DNA from: a virus
Taxonomy: Duplodnaviria > Caudoviricetes
Virus record (IMG/VR): IMGVR_UViG_3300025518_000032
Span: 1 to 46,951 of that record
Length of the DNA stretch: 46,951 bases
Reading direction: 5' to 3' (one strand)
Shown here one piece after another: positions 35,683 through 44,948 of this stretch. Position 1 is the first letter of the stretch; each line of letters opens with the position of its first letter. The translations under genes and the position numbers were made by a program. Below the pieces are notes generated by a model. It made no database searches and was not told the origin of the DNA. It worked only from the letters and a program-made list of their open reading frames with translations.

Positions 35683-35958
35683 ATGGGCGACTGCAAGCAC
35701 GAATTTTCCTTCAAGGTCGGCGTTGCGATCTTTGAAGATAAGCCGGGCAATGGCTCCGCCGAAATCAGCGGCGGGTGCGTTCACTGCGGAACGCCGGTGC
35801 TTTTCCAAGGTCCGCGTGGCGCGTGTGCATCGTTCGCCGTCGCGAGCGTTGATCGCACGGAACTCCGCGCCCCGGTGACGTTCGGCGCCGCTGAATATTC
35901 CCCCTCAATCACCGCGTTGTTTGAGGGGCCCGAATTTGCGCCCAAGGCGCCGCACTAA
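35683..35958 (+). CDS. Hypothetical protein
   Basis: GGAG RBS; first gene after PL; C.H and C..C. Confidence 0.65.
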   Translation: MGDCKHEFSFKVGVAIFEDKPGNGSAEISGGCVHCGTPVLFQGPRGACASFAVASVDRTELRAPVTFGAAEYSPSITALFEGPEFAPKAPH

Positions 35959-36353
35959 TGGCGCGGAAGAACTTCAAACGCTCGGTCATCGTCGCCCGCT
36001 TCAAGCATTGCGGCGGCAGATGCGAGGGCATTCTGGAGAACGGCAAACGCTGCTTCGCCGCTCTCAAGCCCGGCGCCTATCACTGCGATCATGACGATCC
36101 GGACGGGCTGACCGGCGAGCCGACGTTTGAGAACGCGCGCTGCCTTTGCATCCCCTGCCACAAAGAGAAGACGAAAGACGACGTCGCGGCGATCGCCCAG
36201 GCGAAGCGCCGGGAAGCCGATCATCTTGGCGTGTTCATTCCGCCGAAGCGGAAGATTGCGATCCGGCCATTTCCGAAGCGGCCGAAGAAGCTGCGCATTG
36301 AACTTACGCCGCTGACGAAGCGCGAGATTTACGAAGCGAGGATCGCGCGATGA
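35958..36353 (+). CDS. HNH endonuclease
   Basis: CDHDDP..G..TFENARCLCIPCHKEKT. Confidence 0.85.
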   Translation: MARKNFKRSVIVARFKHCGGRCEGILENGKRCFAALKPGAYHCDHDDPDGLTGEPTFENARCLCIPCHKEKTKDDVAAIAQAKRREADHLGVFIPPKRKIAIRPFPKRPKKLRIELTPLTKREIYEARIAR

Positions 36354-36622
36354 GCAAGGAAAGACTCGGCGATGCGCCGATTGAGGACAGCTATCGCGAG
36401 CAAATGAACACGATCGCGCAAACGCTCGACGAATTCCTGAATGGCGCGGCGAAAGGCGCCGACCGCAAGACGGGTTTCGTCCTACTCGTTTTCCCCTTCG
36501 GGGCTCAAGACGGACGATGCAACTACATTTCGAACGGCGCGGATCGTCGCGACATCGTGACAATGATGAAAGAGCAGATCGCGCGGTTCGAAGGCCAGCC
36601 TGAAATGAAGGGCCGAGCGTGA
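36350..36622 (+). CDS. Hypothetical phage protein
   Basis: GFVLLVFPF..NYISN. Confidence 0.75.
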   Translation: MSKERLGDAPIEDSYREQMNTIAQTLDEFLNGAAKGADRKTGFVLLVFPFGAQDGRCNYISNGADRRDIVTMMKEQIARFEGQPEMKGRA

Positions 36623-36767
36623 TGTCCGCACCACACGCCCACCTCGCGCTCATCGTCGTCAGGGCGCTCGCCTACGCGGCCGACTCGCTGTGGGTCAAGC
36701 CGCGCCGTCGACATCTTGATTTTCTCTCCTCGCGCGATTGCGCCTTTCAGGGAAGGTGTTGGATTAG

Positions 36768-36860
36768 ATGAAAAACATCGACGCAATTCTTGTCGCCTTT
36801 CTGCCGGTCGCGATCGCGGCCTTTGGCCTCTACTCCGCCTTTCATGGAGCGACGCCATGA
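36768..36860 (+). CDS. 30-aa TM micro-protein (MKNIDAILVAFLPVAIAAFGLYSAFHGATP)
   Basis: ATGA overlaps at both ends. Confidence 0.5.
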   Translation: MKNIDAILVAFLPVAIAAFGLYSAFHGATP

Positions 36861-37078
36861 GCACGGCCGCAAGCAATCTCCCCTATCGTTTCGCGCACTG
36901 CCAACACTGCGGCTGCGAAATCACCAATGAAACCGTCGCGGGCATAAGCGACGGGTCGAGCGTCTACGCATGGCGATGCCTGGCGTGCGCGCATGAATGG
37001 CCGCGTCATTCGTTTGTGCGCGCACGCCACAAGTTGAACGACAAGACGAAGCCAGTGATTGACGGAGCGACGCCATGA
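36857..37078 (+). CDS. Zn-ribbon protein
   Basis: CQHC...CLAC; GGAG RBS. Confidence 0.65.
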   Translation: MSTAASNLPYRFAHCQHCGCEITNETVAGISDGSSVYAWRCLACAHEWPRHSFVRARHKLNDKTKPVIDGATP

Positions 37079-37305
37079 GCGCCCGCGACCCCTCCCTTTC
37101 GCGCGACTTCAATCGCGCCGTCATCGCCGCCTTTGGCCTTGTCCGCTCATACTGGCTGATCGAGGCCGGACCGCGCGCGGTGATGATCGCCTGCAGAGAG
37201 GCGAAGCCGCGCAGCGAAGCCGAGCGCCAATCGCTCAACGCGCTGCATGCGACGGCCAACCGACTCGCCGAACTTGAGCCGCCGGTCCTGCCGGCCAGAC
37301 GCTAG
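37075..37305 (+). CDS. Hypothetical protein
   Basis: GGAG RBS; ATGA overlap. Confidence 0.55.
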   Translation: MSARDPSLSRDFNRAVIAAFGLVRSYWLIEAGPRAVMIACREAKPRSEAERQSLNALHATANRLAELEPPVLPARR

Positions 37306-37323
37306 GCTTGTGGAGTTTTTACG

Positions 37324-37551
37324 ATGCCGAAATTTGAAGAGATCGAGCAATACGTCAGAGGGTTTATTGCGCCAGGCTTTCGGAACGTAATTGTTGCCGG
37401 AGCCATGATCGCAGCCTGCGCCGCCGGATTTTACGGCTGGTGCGCGAACATCGTCGCGGTGTTTTCCTCACAAGCCTCATGGTGGGAAGTCGGGCTGCGC
37501 CTTGTCGGCATTCCTTACTGGCCGCTCGGCGTGATCCTCGGGTGGATCTGA
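37324..37551 (+). CDS. 2-TM membrane protein
   Basis: GWCANIV...RLVGIPYWPLGVILGWI. Confidence 0.7.
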   Translation: MPKFEEIEQYVRGFIAPGFRNVIVAGAMIAACAAGFYGWCANIVAVFSSQASWWEVGLRLVGIPYWPLGVILGWI

Positions 37552-37805
37552 TGATCAAAACTTTCCACGAGCAGGGCGATTTCGCCGCCGCAGGCGCCGC
37601 CGAGCAATGGCTGCATGAGAATGGCTACAGCGTTGGATCTTCGCAACGCGGGTCGCCGCGCGGGATTATGCGCGGCGACGTTCTTATCGCCAAATGGCGC
37701 AATTTGTCGTCGCGCGAACGCGCCGCGCTCGACGGCCAGATGACCGGCGACATGCGCGCCGGTCCGGTCGTCATCGAAATCTTCTATCTTGGAGCCGCCG
37801 AATGA
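37551..37805 (+). CDS. Hypothetical phage protein
   Basis: IAKWRNL..LDG..GDMRAGPV. Confidence 0.7.
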   Translation: MIKTFHEQGDFAAAGAAEQWLHENGYSVGSSQRGSPRGIMRGDVLIAKWRNLSSRERAALDGQMTGDMRAGPVVIEIFYLGAAE

Positions 37806-38386
37806 TGCAGCGCGCAACGCCAGCCCAAGCCAGACGTCTCGCGGATATGTTCGGCGGCGCGGGCGGCCCCGTGCTTAAAATTTCACGCTGCGCGAATTTC
37901 GTGACGCCGACCGACCGCGTCATCGTCGCCAATGGCTGGGCCGCGCCGAACGGCAAATCGGGAACGTGGCCGAACGACGGCGTCTATGACGAGCATCAGA
38001 TCACTGACGCCGGGCTGCGCGCGATAGAGGATTTTTTGCGTCGAAGCCGCATCAAACGTGAATTTAAAGCGCTTGGTTATGAGGTCGCGAGCGCTGCGCA
38101 AACGCGCGTCAGCGGCGGCGAGACGCCGCTTGAAGAGCGCGAAGGCTTCGAGGCGCAATGCCGGCCGGACGCGTTCCAGCACGCGCTGCGCGATCTTGCC
38201 AAAAACAATGGCCAATGGGGCGTCGTTCTTCTTCAATTCGGGAACGGACGCGTCGGCGCGCGCGCCTGGGGAGAAGGCGACCAGCAGCGCGATTCCATGG
38301 TTTGGCTGGCGCATCGGCTTCTCGAGGAGATCGACGACGGCAAGCACAATCCGTTGGAGATCATAAAGCCGGAGGGGTCGGCATGA
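37802..38386 (+). CDS. Hypothetical protein
   Basis: Overlap-coupled ORF. Confidence 0.55.
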   Translation: MMQRATPAQARRLADMFGGAGGPVLKISRCANFVTPTDRVIVANGWAAPNGKSGTWPNDGVYDEHQITDAGLRAIEDFLRRSRIKREFKALGYEVASAAQTRVSGGETPLEEREGFEAQCRPDAFQHALRDLAKNNGQWGVVLLQFGNGRVGARAWGEGDQQRDSMVWLAHRLLEEIDDGKHNPLEIIKPEGSA

Positions 38387-38685
38387 CGAAGCGTATGCGC
38401 AAGCCCCGCATCTCCGCCGCCGCCCACGCGACGCTGACCCGTCCGTTGATTCATGTCGACGGGCGCTTCAATCGCGGCGCGATCACCCGCAAGGCGCGCA
38501 ATGAATTTCGCGCCGGCCGGGCGCGGACATGGTCCGCCGCAATGTATGCCGCATGGAAACTTGCGCATCGCCAGCTCGACGCCGCGCAAGACTATGACGC
38601 CGCGCGGCTCGCTTATCGCAGCGCGCCGGCCGGCGGTTGGCCGCTGGCGAAGCCGCGCGCCGAACTCTTCCCGCAACACGCATAG
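38383..38685 (+). CDS. Hypothetical basic protein
   Basis: GGAGG RBS; ATGA overlap. Confidence 0.6.
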   Translation: MTKRMRKPRISAAAHATLTRPLIHVDGRFNRGAITRKARNEFRAGRARTWSAAMYAAWKLAHRQLDAAQDYDAARLAYRSAPAGGWPLAKPRAELFPQHA

Positions 38686-38696
38686 GACACAAAACA

Positions 38697-39170
38697 ATGT
38701 TCGAAAGCCTCGTCCTCACGCCCTTTCCGCTCGCGATTATCGCCTATCTCAATTCCGCCTATCGCGCCGAGCAGGACTTCCGAAACGCCGTCGCGCGCGC
38801 GCTTATCCGCAACCGCGAATGCGGACAGGCCTATGTGAGTGGCTATGTCGCCGGCTTTGCGCTTGGCAAGCGCAGCGGCGAGGCGGCCGGGCGTCGCCGG
38901 GAAGAGACGCCGCCGCCGGCGGCGATCCGCAATCCCGTCACACTCATATTTTGGGGCCGCGACAGCGCCGTCACCGTCTCCCGCCCCGACATCTTTCACA
39001 TCGAGCAGGAGACGCATCTCTCGCCGATGATGGTCTATCTGCGCAGTCGCGGGACCGAGCGGCCGCTCGCCTGCGCGCCCTGCGACGCGCTCCGCAAGAT
39101 CAATCACACGCTCAGGCTCGATCGCTGGATCAATACTCAGCGCCCTGACGCCGACGACATCGATTTCTAG
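38697..39170 (+). CDS. Hypothetical protein
   Basis: AGGA RBS; operon context. Confidence 0.6.
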   Translation: MFESLVLTPFPLAIIAYLNSAYRAEQDFRNAVARALIRNRECGQAYVSGYVAGFALGKRSGEAAGRRREETPPPAAIRNPVTLIFWGRDSAVTVSRPDIFHIEQETHLSPMMVYLRSRGTERPLACAPCDALRKINHTLRLDRWINTQRPDADDIDF

Positions 39171-39182
39171 GAAACATCTCAC

Positions 39183-41174
39183 ATGACCATCGAACCCGCC
39201 GCACAGATCGTCGCCGTTCCGCTCGACCGCATTCTGCGCCTCTCCCCACTCAATCCGCGCCAGGACATGGAGAGCGACGTCGCCGACCTCGCCGCCATGA
39301 TCCGCGCCCGCGGCCAGCAAATCCCGATCAAGCTGCGCGCGATCCCGCAAGAGAAATCGTCGAGCGGTTACGTCGGCGCGGACGATCAAACATACGAAGT
39401 GCTCGACGGTGGGCGTCGCTGGCGCGCCTTGCGCGAGATCGACGACGGCCGCGCCGCGCTCGCCATGATCGAAGCTGGCGACGAGATCGAAGCGCGCGAG
39501 ATTGCGCTGATGCTGAGCGTCTCGCCGAAGCCGCTGCACCCCGTCGAGGAATATGAAAGCTTCGCCCGCCTCGAGGAATCGGGGGCCAGCGTTGAGCAGA
39601 TCGCCGCGCATTTCGGCCAGGACGCGCGCCATGTTCGGCAGCGCCTGGCGCTCGGCCGCCTCAGTCCGCGCGTGCGCGGCCTATGGCGCATGGGCGAAAT
39701 CGAGCGCGAGCAGGTGATCGCCTTCACCGCGGGACCGATCGAGGCGCAGGAGGCGCTACTCGACGAACTCGACGGTAAACATGATTGGGAATGGGCTGAA
39801 CATACGATACGCCGCAAGTTGCGCGGCGAGACGCTCTCGAACAGCGGCCCGGAGGGCAAATTTTTGCTCGCCGACAAGTCCCGCGTCGAATCCTATGTCG
39901 CCGCCGGCGGACGCATCGAGGAGAACCTTTTCGAAGACGAGATCGTCATTCGCGACCCGGCGATCGCGCATCGGATCGTCAATGACGCGCTGCGGGCCGA
40001 GGCGGAACGCATCCGTTCCGAAGAAAGCTGGGGCGCGGCGCTGATCGAAGGCGAGCAAGATTACGACGGCTATGAGCCGGAGCCTGACTTTTCCGTCGCC
40101 GAGGAAGCGCGGCTCGAGGAAATCAGCAAAGAGACGCACGGCGCCGACCCAATGCGTGCGCGCGAACTGCACGACGAACAGGAGACGATTTATCGCGACG
40201 CGCTGCTGCGCATGATCGAACGCGAAGAGCGTGCGCAATATGCCATCGTGGCCGACCTTGATCATTACGGCCGAGTCCGTTTCATGCGCGGCCTGCCTAT
40301 CCCCGAACCGGAGACGGAAGCCGGCGAAGGCGCCGCCGAAATCGAAGGCGATTCCCTCCCCTCTGACGGGGAGGGGGGCGAGCCGAGCGAGCCGGGCAGG
40401 GTGAGCGCGAACGACGAAGCGCCAATCCCCGACCCGCTCGCCGAGCCAGGCAAGGCGCTGCGCGCCGTCATCGACGCGGCGGCGACGCAGGCGCTGCGCG
40501 ACGTTACTCGCCGGCGCGGCGACATTGCGCTGATGCTCGCCGTCGCGACGCTCGGCTGCCAATATGGCGCCGAGGTCGTCGAGCTGAACACGCGAGCCGC
40601 GCCGGAGGAGTCGGTCGACAGCCTTCTGGCCGAAATCGCTGGCGCGCGTTTCGATGCGGCGCTCAAGATCTGCGCCGCCGCGCCGACGTGCGATCTTTCC
40701 GTCGCGCTGTTTCGGCTCATCGCCGCCTCAATCGACACGCGCGAGGCGCGCTTCGAAACGATCGACGCGATCTGCGCCGCGGTGCGGGCCCGCGGCGGCG
40801 ACCTCAAAGGCGCGTTCGACGCCGCGCTCGACCGGCGCGCCTTTTTCGAAACCGCGCCGAAGGCCGTCACGCTCGGCTGTGTGACGGGCCTGATCGGGGC
40901 GGGCGAAGCCGGCCGCGTCAAGACGATGAAGAAGGGCGCGCTCGGCGACTATGTCGCGCGGCTCAGCAAGGACAAAGGCCATCTGCCCGCGCCTTTGGCC
41001 GATTGGGCCGCCGCAAAGGAACTGCCCGGCGCCGGCGCAGACGCCATCCATATCGACGGCGATACGACGCTCGCGCAGGCGATGACCGCCGCCATCGCGG
41101 CCGACGAAGCACACCCAACCGCGCCCACGAAGAAGCCGCGCGCCGCGCGCAAGGGAAAGGCCGACGCGCCATGA
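39183..41174 (+). CDS. Large ParB/RepB/Spo0J-family protein
   Basis: LSPLNPR, VLDGGRRWRAL, LHPVEE..F, VRQRLALGRL, GGRIEENLF. Confidence 0.88.
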   Translation: MTIEPAAQIVAVPLDRILRLSPLNPRQDMESDVADLAAMIRARGQQIPIKLRAIPQEKSSSGYVGADDQTYEVLDGGRRWRALREIDDGRAALAMIEAGDEIEAREIALMLSVSPKPLHPVEEYESFARLEESGASVEQIAAHFGQDARHVRQRLALGRLSPRVRGLWRMGEIEREQVIAFTAGPIEAQEALLDELDGKHDWEWAEHTIRRKLRGETLSNSGPEGKFLLADKSRVESYVAAGGRIEENLFEDEIVIRDPAIAHRIVNDALRAEAERIRSEESWGAALIEGEQDYDGYEPEPDFSVAEEARLEEISKETHGADPMRARELHDEQETIYRDALLRMIEREERAQYAIVADLDHYGRVRFMRGLPIPEPETEAGEGAAEIEGDSLPSDGEGGEPSEPGRVSANDEAPIPDPLAEPGKALRAVIDAAATQALRDVTRRRGDIALMLAVATLGCQYGAEVVELNTRAAPEESVDSLLAEIAGARFDAALKICAAAPTCDLSVALFRLIAASIDTREARFETIDAICAAVRARGGDLKGAFDAALDRRAFFETAPKAVTLGCVTGLIGAGEAGRVKTMKKGALGDYVARLSKDKGHLPAPLADWAAAKELPGAGADAIHIDGDTTLAQAMTAAIAADEAHPTAPTKKPRAARKGKADAP

Positions 41175-41506
41175 GTGCTTCTCGCTTCTCCCGCATGTCG
41201 CTCGAAGAGCGCCGCGCCGCGCTGCAGTCCGCCTCTCTCGCGCTCAACGCCGCCGCGGGCATTCTGCGCCCGCATGTCGCGCTGTTCGAGGCGTTCAAGC
41301 AAGAGCGCGCCGACATGGAGAGCTTCGGCCCCGTCCTTGCGCCGGGACTCTATTGCGACCGCGAGAAGCGCGCGGTCAGCGACCTTATGGCGCCGCTCTA
41401 TGAAACCGGACAGCGCCTCGTCGAGACCTTCGATGCGCAGATTAATGCTGTCATCGAACAGGCCGGGAAGCGCGTCGCCATACAGGAGTTAGAAGATGGG
41501 AACTAA
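41171..41506 (+). CDS. Hypothetical protein
   Basis: ATGA overlap; GPVLAPGLY. Confidence 0.6.
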   Translation: MSASRFSRMSLEERRAALQSASLALNAAAGILRPHVALFEAFKQERADMESFGPVLAPGLYCDREKRAVSDLMAPLYETGQRLVETFDAQINAVIEQAGKRVAIQELEDGN

Positions 41507-41831
41507 GAACGACCCTGGACAATTCGACTGCTACGCGAACGCAGCGCCAGACGAACCGATGTTTATTTTGCTTGGCCGCGACCGCCATGCGGCGACGCTA
41601 GTCAGACTATGGGCGTTGCTTCGCACGCGTGAAGGCGAGGATGCCGAGAAGGTCGCCGAGGCGCTCAGATGTGCAACAAGCATGGATGTCTGGCGTGGCA
41701 GGCTTGGCAAGCCGCACATTGACGCCGCTATCGAACAAACACTGCTTTTCGCCATAACCGAAGGCATGAGCGAGCATCCCGAAGGCTTTGAAGAGGTCTG
41801 TGATTGTAACCTCTGCCGCTCGTATGCGTGA
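41496..41831 (+). CDS. Hypothetical phage protein
   Basis: DCYANAAPDEPMFILLGRD; AGGAG RBS. Confidence 0.75.
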   Translation: MGTKNDPGQFDCYANAAPDEPMFILLGRDRHAATLVRLWALLRTREGEDAEKVAEALRCATSMDVWRGRLGKPHIDAAIEQTLLFAITEGMSEHPEGFEEVCDCNLCRSYA

Positions 41832-41840
41832 GACGCCACA

Positions 41841-42836
41841 ATGACCAAGATCGAATGGGCGTCGCTCGGCCTTCCCAAAGGCGTCACATGGAACCCGATC
41901 CGCGCGCACAATACGAAGACCGGCAAGCGCGGTTGGCATTGCGAGAAGGTCTCGCCGGCCTGCGAACATTGCTATGCCGAAGCGCTCAACGCCAAAGCCG
42001 GCGACACCGGCGGCACAGGCCTACCTTACAAGCCCGGCCATCGCCAGAACGGCGACACAGATATCTATCTCGACGAGAAGACGCTGTTGCAGCCGCTGTC
42101 ATGGCGCGCGCCGCGCGGGGTGTTCGTCGCCAGCATGACCGACATCTTCGGCGACTGGGTTCCCGACGAATGGCTCGACCGCATCTTCGCCGTCGCGATC
42201 TTGACGCCGCAGCACCGCTACGCCTTTCTGACCAAGCGCTGCGCGCGCCAGCGCGCGTATATGGGCGACTGGACGACGCCGCACCGCATCGCGCGCGTTA
42301 TCGTCGACATGATGATCGCCAAGCGCGTCGTGCCGGACGACAATTGGCCGGTCAAAAGCATCGGCGATATCGACATGCCGGACGACATTACCCTGCGCGT
42401 TTGGCCGCCGAAGAACACATGGCACGGCGGCACTACTGAAGACCAACCACGCGCCAACGAGCGCATTCCAGACCTTCTCGCGACGCCGGCGGCGGGTCTC
42501 TTTGTGTCGATCGAGCCGATACTGGGGCCGGTCAACTTGGCCCGTATTCCCTTCGCCTATCCGCCAAGCGATCTCACGCCACGCATCAATGCGCTGACCG
42601 CCGGCCGCGAGTCCGGCGAGCCTCATTGGGCGCTCGACTGGGTCATCTGCGGCGGCGAGAGCGGCCCAGGTGCGCGGCCGATGCATCCAGATTGGGCGAG
42701 GGGATTGGCTTCCCAATGCCGGGAGGCCAATGTCGCTTTCTTCATGAAACAAATGCACGTCGATGGGCGATTGAGGAAAGACTTGGTTTCATTTCCTTCT
42801 GACCTGCAAGTGCGGGAGTTCCCGAATGCAGCGTAG
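41841..42836 (+). CDS. DUF5131 (phage Gp37/Gp68) family protein
   Basis: TKIEW, SPACEHCYAE, SMTDIF, LTKR, SIEPILG, WVICGGESG, FFMKQ. Confidence 0.92.
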   Translation: MTKIEWASLGLPKGVTWNPIRAHNTKTGKRGWHCEKVSPACEHCYAEALNAKAGDTGGTGLPYKPGHRQNGDTDIYLDEKTLLQPLSWRAPRGVFVASMTDIFGDWVPDEWLDRIFAVAILTPQHRYAFLTKRCARQRAYMGDWTTPHRIARVIVDMMIAKRVVPDDNWPVKSIGDIDMPDDITLRVWPPKNTWHGGTTEDQPRANERIPDLLATPAAGLFVSIEPILGPVNLARIPFAYPPSDLTPRINALTAGRESGEPHWALDWVICGGESGPGARPMHPDWARGLASQCREANVAFFMKQMHVDGRLRKDLVSFPSDLQVREFPNAA

Positions 42837-43419
42837 GAAGGAAACCGAAACTGAAATTTGGTGCGGAGCCTGCAAGCGCATGGAGCCGAAAAGCAATTTC
42901 GGAAAACGCGCGGATGCATATGGCGGTCTAAATTATGTTTGCCGTGATGTGGCCAGCGAGCGAAATCGACGCGCACACGCCAAGGCCTCCGAGCACAATA
43001 ATGAACGACATAGAATATCGCGACGCGCGCGCAAGCTCTCTGACGACGCGAAAATATGGGCGCTGAAAAAACTTGTCGCGGACGCACGCCGTCGAGCGCG
43101 AGAACGAAAAGTTTCATTCGCGCTCTCGATAGATGACCTTCAGGCTCCAGAGTTCTGTCCTGTCTTCGGAACGCGACTTGTTTATCAGGCCGACCAACGC
43201 CGCTGCGATATGAGCGCATCCCTCGACAGGATTGAGTCATCACTCGGGTATGTCCCGGGGAATGTTTGGATAATCTCATGGCGCGCCAATCAGATCAAAT
43301 CTGATGCAACGGCCGACGAGTTGAGAAAGGTAGCCGGCGCTCTCGATATCATCAGCAAGGCGCGCGCCGGCCGCTTCCTCGACGGCGTCGAATACAGCGA
43401 ATTCCCGGAGGCGAGATGA
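42826..43419 (+). CDS. HNH-type (homing-like) endonuclease
   Basis: C..C N-terminus, CPVFG, SLDRIESSLGYVPGNVWIIS..AN..K. Confidence 0.8.
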   Translation: MQRRKETETEIWCGACKRMEPKSNFGKRADAYGGLNYVCRDVASERNRRAHAKASEHNNERHRISRRARKLSDDAKIWALKKLVADARRRARERKVSFALSIDDLQAPEFCPVFGTRLVYQADQRRCDMSASLDRIESSLGYVPGNVWIISWRANQIKSDATADELRKVAGALDIISKARAGRFLDGVEYSEFPEAR

Positions 43420-43625
43420 GCGACCGAGGCAAGATTGTGGCGAAAGGGCCGTCGATCGGCGTCTATCGCGATCGCGATATCCCTGCATGGGTGATCGGCG
43501 GAGACGGCAGATATGCCTTCGATCGCCCATGGGACGAGGAAAGCAGCGACCTTTCGCAACTGGCGGCCGACGAGATCGTGATCGCGCCGGGGCTGATCTA
43601 CAAGCTCGGCCCGGAGGCGAGATGA
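43416..43625 (+). CDS. Hypothetical protein flanked by 16-bp direct repeats
   Basis: GGAGG RBS; cccggaggcgagatga at both ends. Confidence 0.65.
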   Translation: MSDRGKIVAKGPSIGVYRDRDIPAWVIGGDGRYAFDRPWDEESSDLSQLAADEIVIAPGLIYKLGPEAR

Positions 43626-44266
43626 CCGATCGCCCTATCATCTTTTCCGCGCCAATGATCCGCGCTTTGCTCGACGGACGAAAGACACAGACGCGGCGGG
43701 TTTTGAAGCCGCAGCCGCAGGACAACGGCGTTTATGCGGATATCCGCGAAGCCAAGAGAGCGCTGCGGTGGGTTAGCGGCGATCGGCTTTGGGTGAGAGA
43801 GAGTTTCGCCGATCTTCGCGGCACCGGCATTGAACATCGGCCGACGCATAGTTCACCAATTCAGCGCGCCGCCTATATGGCCGACACTGCGCCAGGGAGT
43901 CACGACGATCAAGCGCGCAAAGACTACGGCATAAAATGGAAGCCATCGATCCACATGCCGCGCTGGGCGTCGCGCCTCACGCTGATCGTCAAGAGTGTGA
44001 AGGTCGAGCAACTGCAGGAGATCAGCGAAGACGACGCGATCGCTGAGGGGTGCCAATACATCGAAGACGGGCCCGGGGCCGGATTCTGGATTGTTCCCGA
44101 CGCGAGCGGGCCAGTGTGCTCTGAAGGCGTCGTCGAATGCTTTGAGCGGCTATGGGAGAGCATCAACGGCCCCGGCTCATGGGACGCCAATCCATGGGTT
44201 GCCGCCATTGCTTTCCGAGTCGTCAAGTCGAACATCGACGCGCTCTGCGAAGAGGCCGCGCCATGA
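43622..44266 (+). CDS. ASCH/PUA-like phage protein
   Basis: PIIFSAPMIRALLDGRKTQTRR, WKPSIHMPRWASR, NPWV. Confidence 0.85.
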   Translation: MTDRPIIFSAPMIRALLDGRKTQTRRVLKPQPQDNGVYADIREAKRALRWVSGDRLWVRESFADLRGTGIEHRPTHSSPIQRAAYMADTAPGSHDDQARKDYGIKWKPSIHMPRWASRLTLIVKSVKVEQLQEISEDDAIAEGCQYIEDGPGAGFWIVPDASGPVCSEGVVECFERLWESINGPGSWDANPWVAAIAFRVVKSNIDALCEEAAP

Positions 44267-44565
44267 CCCAGCGCGCAGACCTTCCTAAGCCGAAATACGG
44301 CGCGCCCTGCAATGGCTGCGGTCTGTGCTGCAAGCTGGAGATCTGCGATATCGGTGTCGAGGCGCTCGAGGCAATGGACGACTGGTCGACGGTCGCGCCA
44401 TGCCCGTTTCTTGTGGAACTAGACGGCGCTCACCGCTGCAAAATCATTCTCCTGGAGGCTCGCAATCTCAAGTCACTGCCGAGCGCAGAACCCCTGATCG
44501 CTAAAAGTCTGATGGTCGGCTGGGGCTGCACCATGCCCGACGAGGAAAGCGAGCGAGCGGCATGA
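44263..44565 (+). CDS. Cys-rich (Fe-S/Zn) protein
   Basis: PCNGCGLCC, CPFL, C. Confidence 0.65.
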   Translation: MTQRADLPKPKYGAPCNGCGLCCKLEICDIGVEALEAMDDWSTVAPCPFLVELDGAHRCKIILLEARNLKSLPSAEPLIAKSLMVGWGCTMPDEESERAA

Positions 44566-44948
44566 CCCAGCGCGCCAACCGCCCTGCCCCGCAGCGCATC
44601 CGCGCCGAAGAGGCGGCCGCCATGCTGGGCGTCTCCCGCCGCGGCGTCCAGGCGCTCGCCGCGCGCGGCGATTTGCCTGGAGCGGCCAAAATTGGCACGC
44701 TCTGGACATTCGACCCAGCCAAGTTGCGTCGGTTCATTTCAGAGCGGGAAGCCGAATGTCTGAGGAAAACCTCTATAAGCGCGGCGACATATGGTGGTTG
44801 CGCACCACCATCCGGGGCGTCGAGCATCGAGAAAGCTTACGAACGGGCGATGTTAAAACTGCGCGGCGGCTCCGTGATCGGAAGCTCGAGGAGATCAAGG
44901 CGGCGCGCTGGCGCGGCGAGCGTCGACGGCCCTGGCTTGAGGTCGTGA
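44562..44948 (+). CDS. xis: Excisionase (HTH_17-like)
   Basis: AEEAAAMLGVS..LPGAAKIGTLWTF; overlaps int. Confidence 0.8.
   Translation: MTQRANRPAPQRIRAEEAAAMLGVSRRGVQALAARGDLPGAAKIGTLWTFDPAKLRRFISEREAECLRKTSISAATYGGCAPPSGASSIEKAYERAMLKLRGGSVIGSSRRSRRRAGAASVDGPGLRS

Noticed and set aside
35683-44565. Known anti-phage defence or toxin-antitoxin system
   Set aside because: No recognisable motifs; small hypothetical genes cannot be excluded without HMM searches
44756-44948. xis/int overlap as a novel dual-coding element
   Set aside because: Low-complexity read-through tail; xis-int overlaps are common
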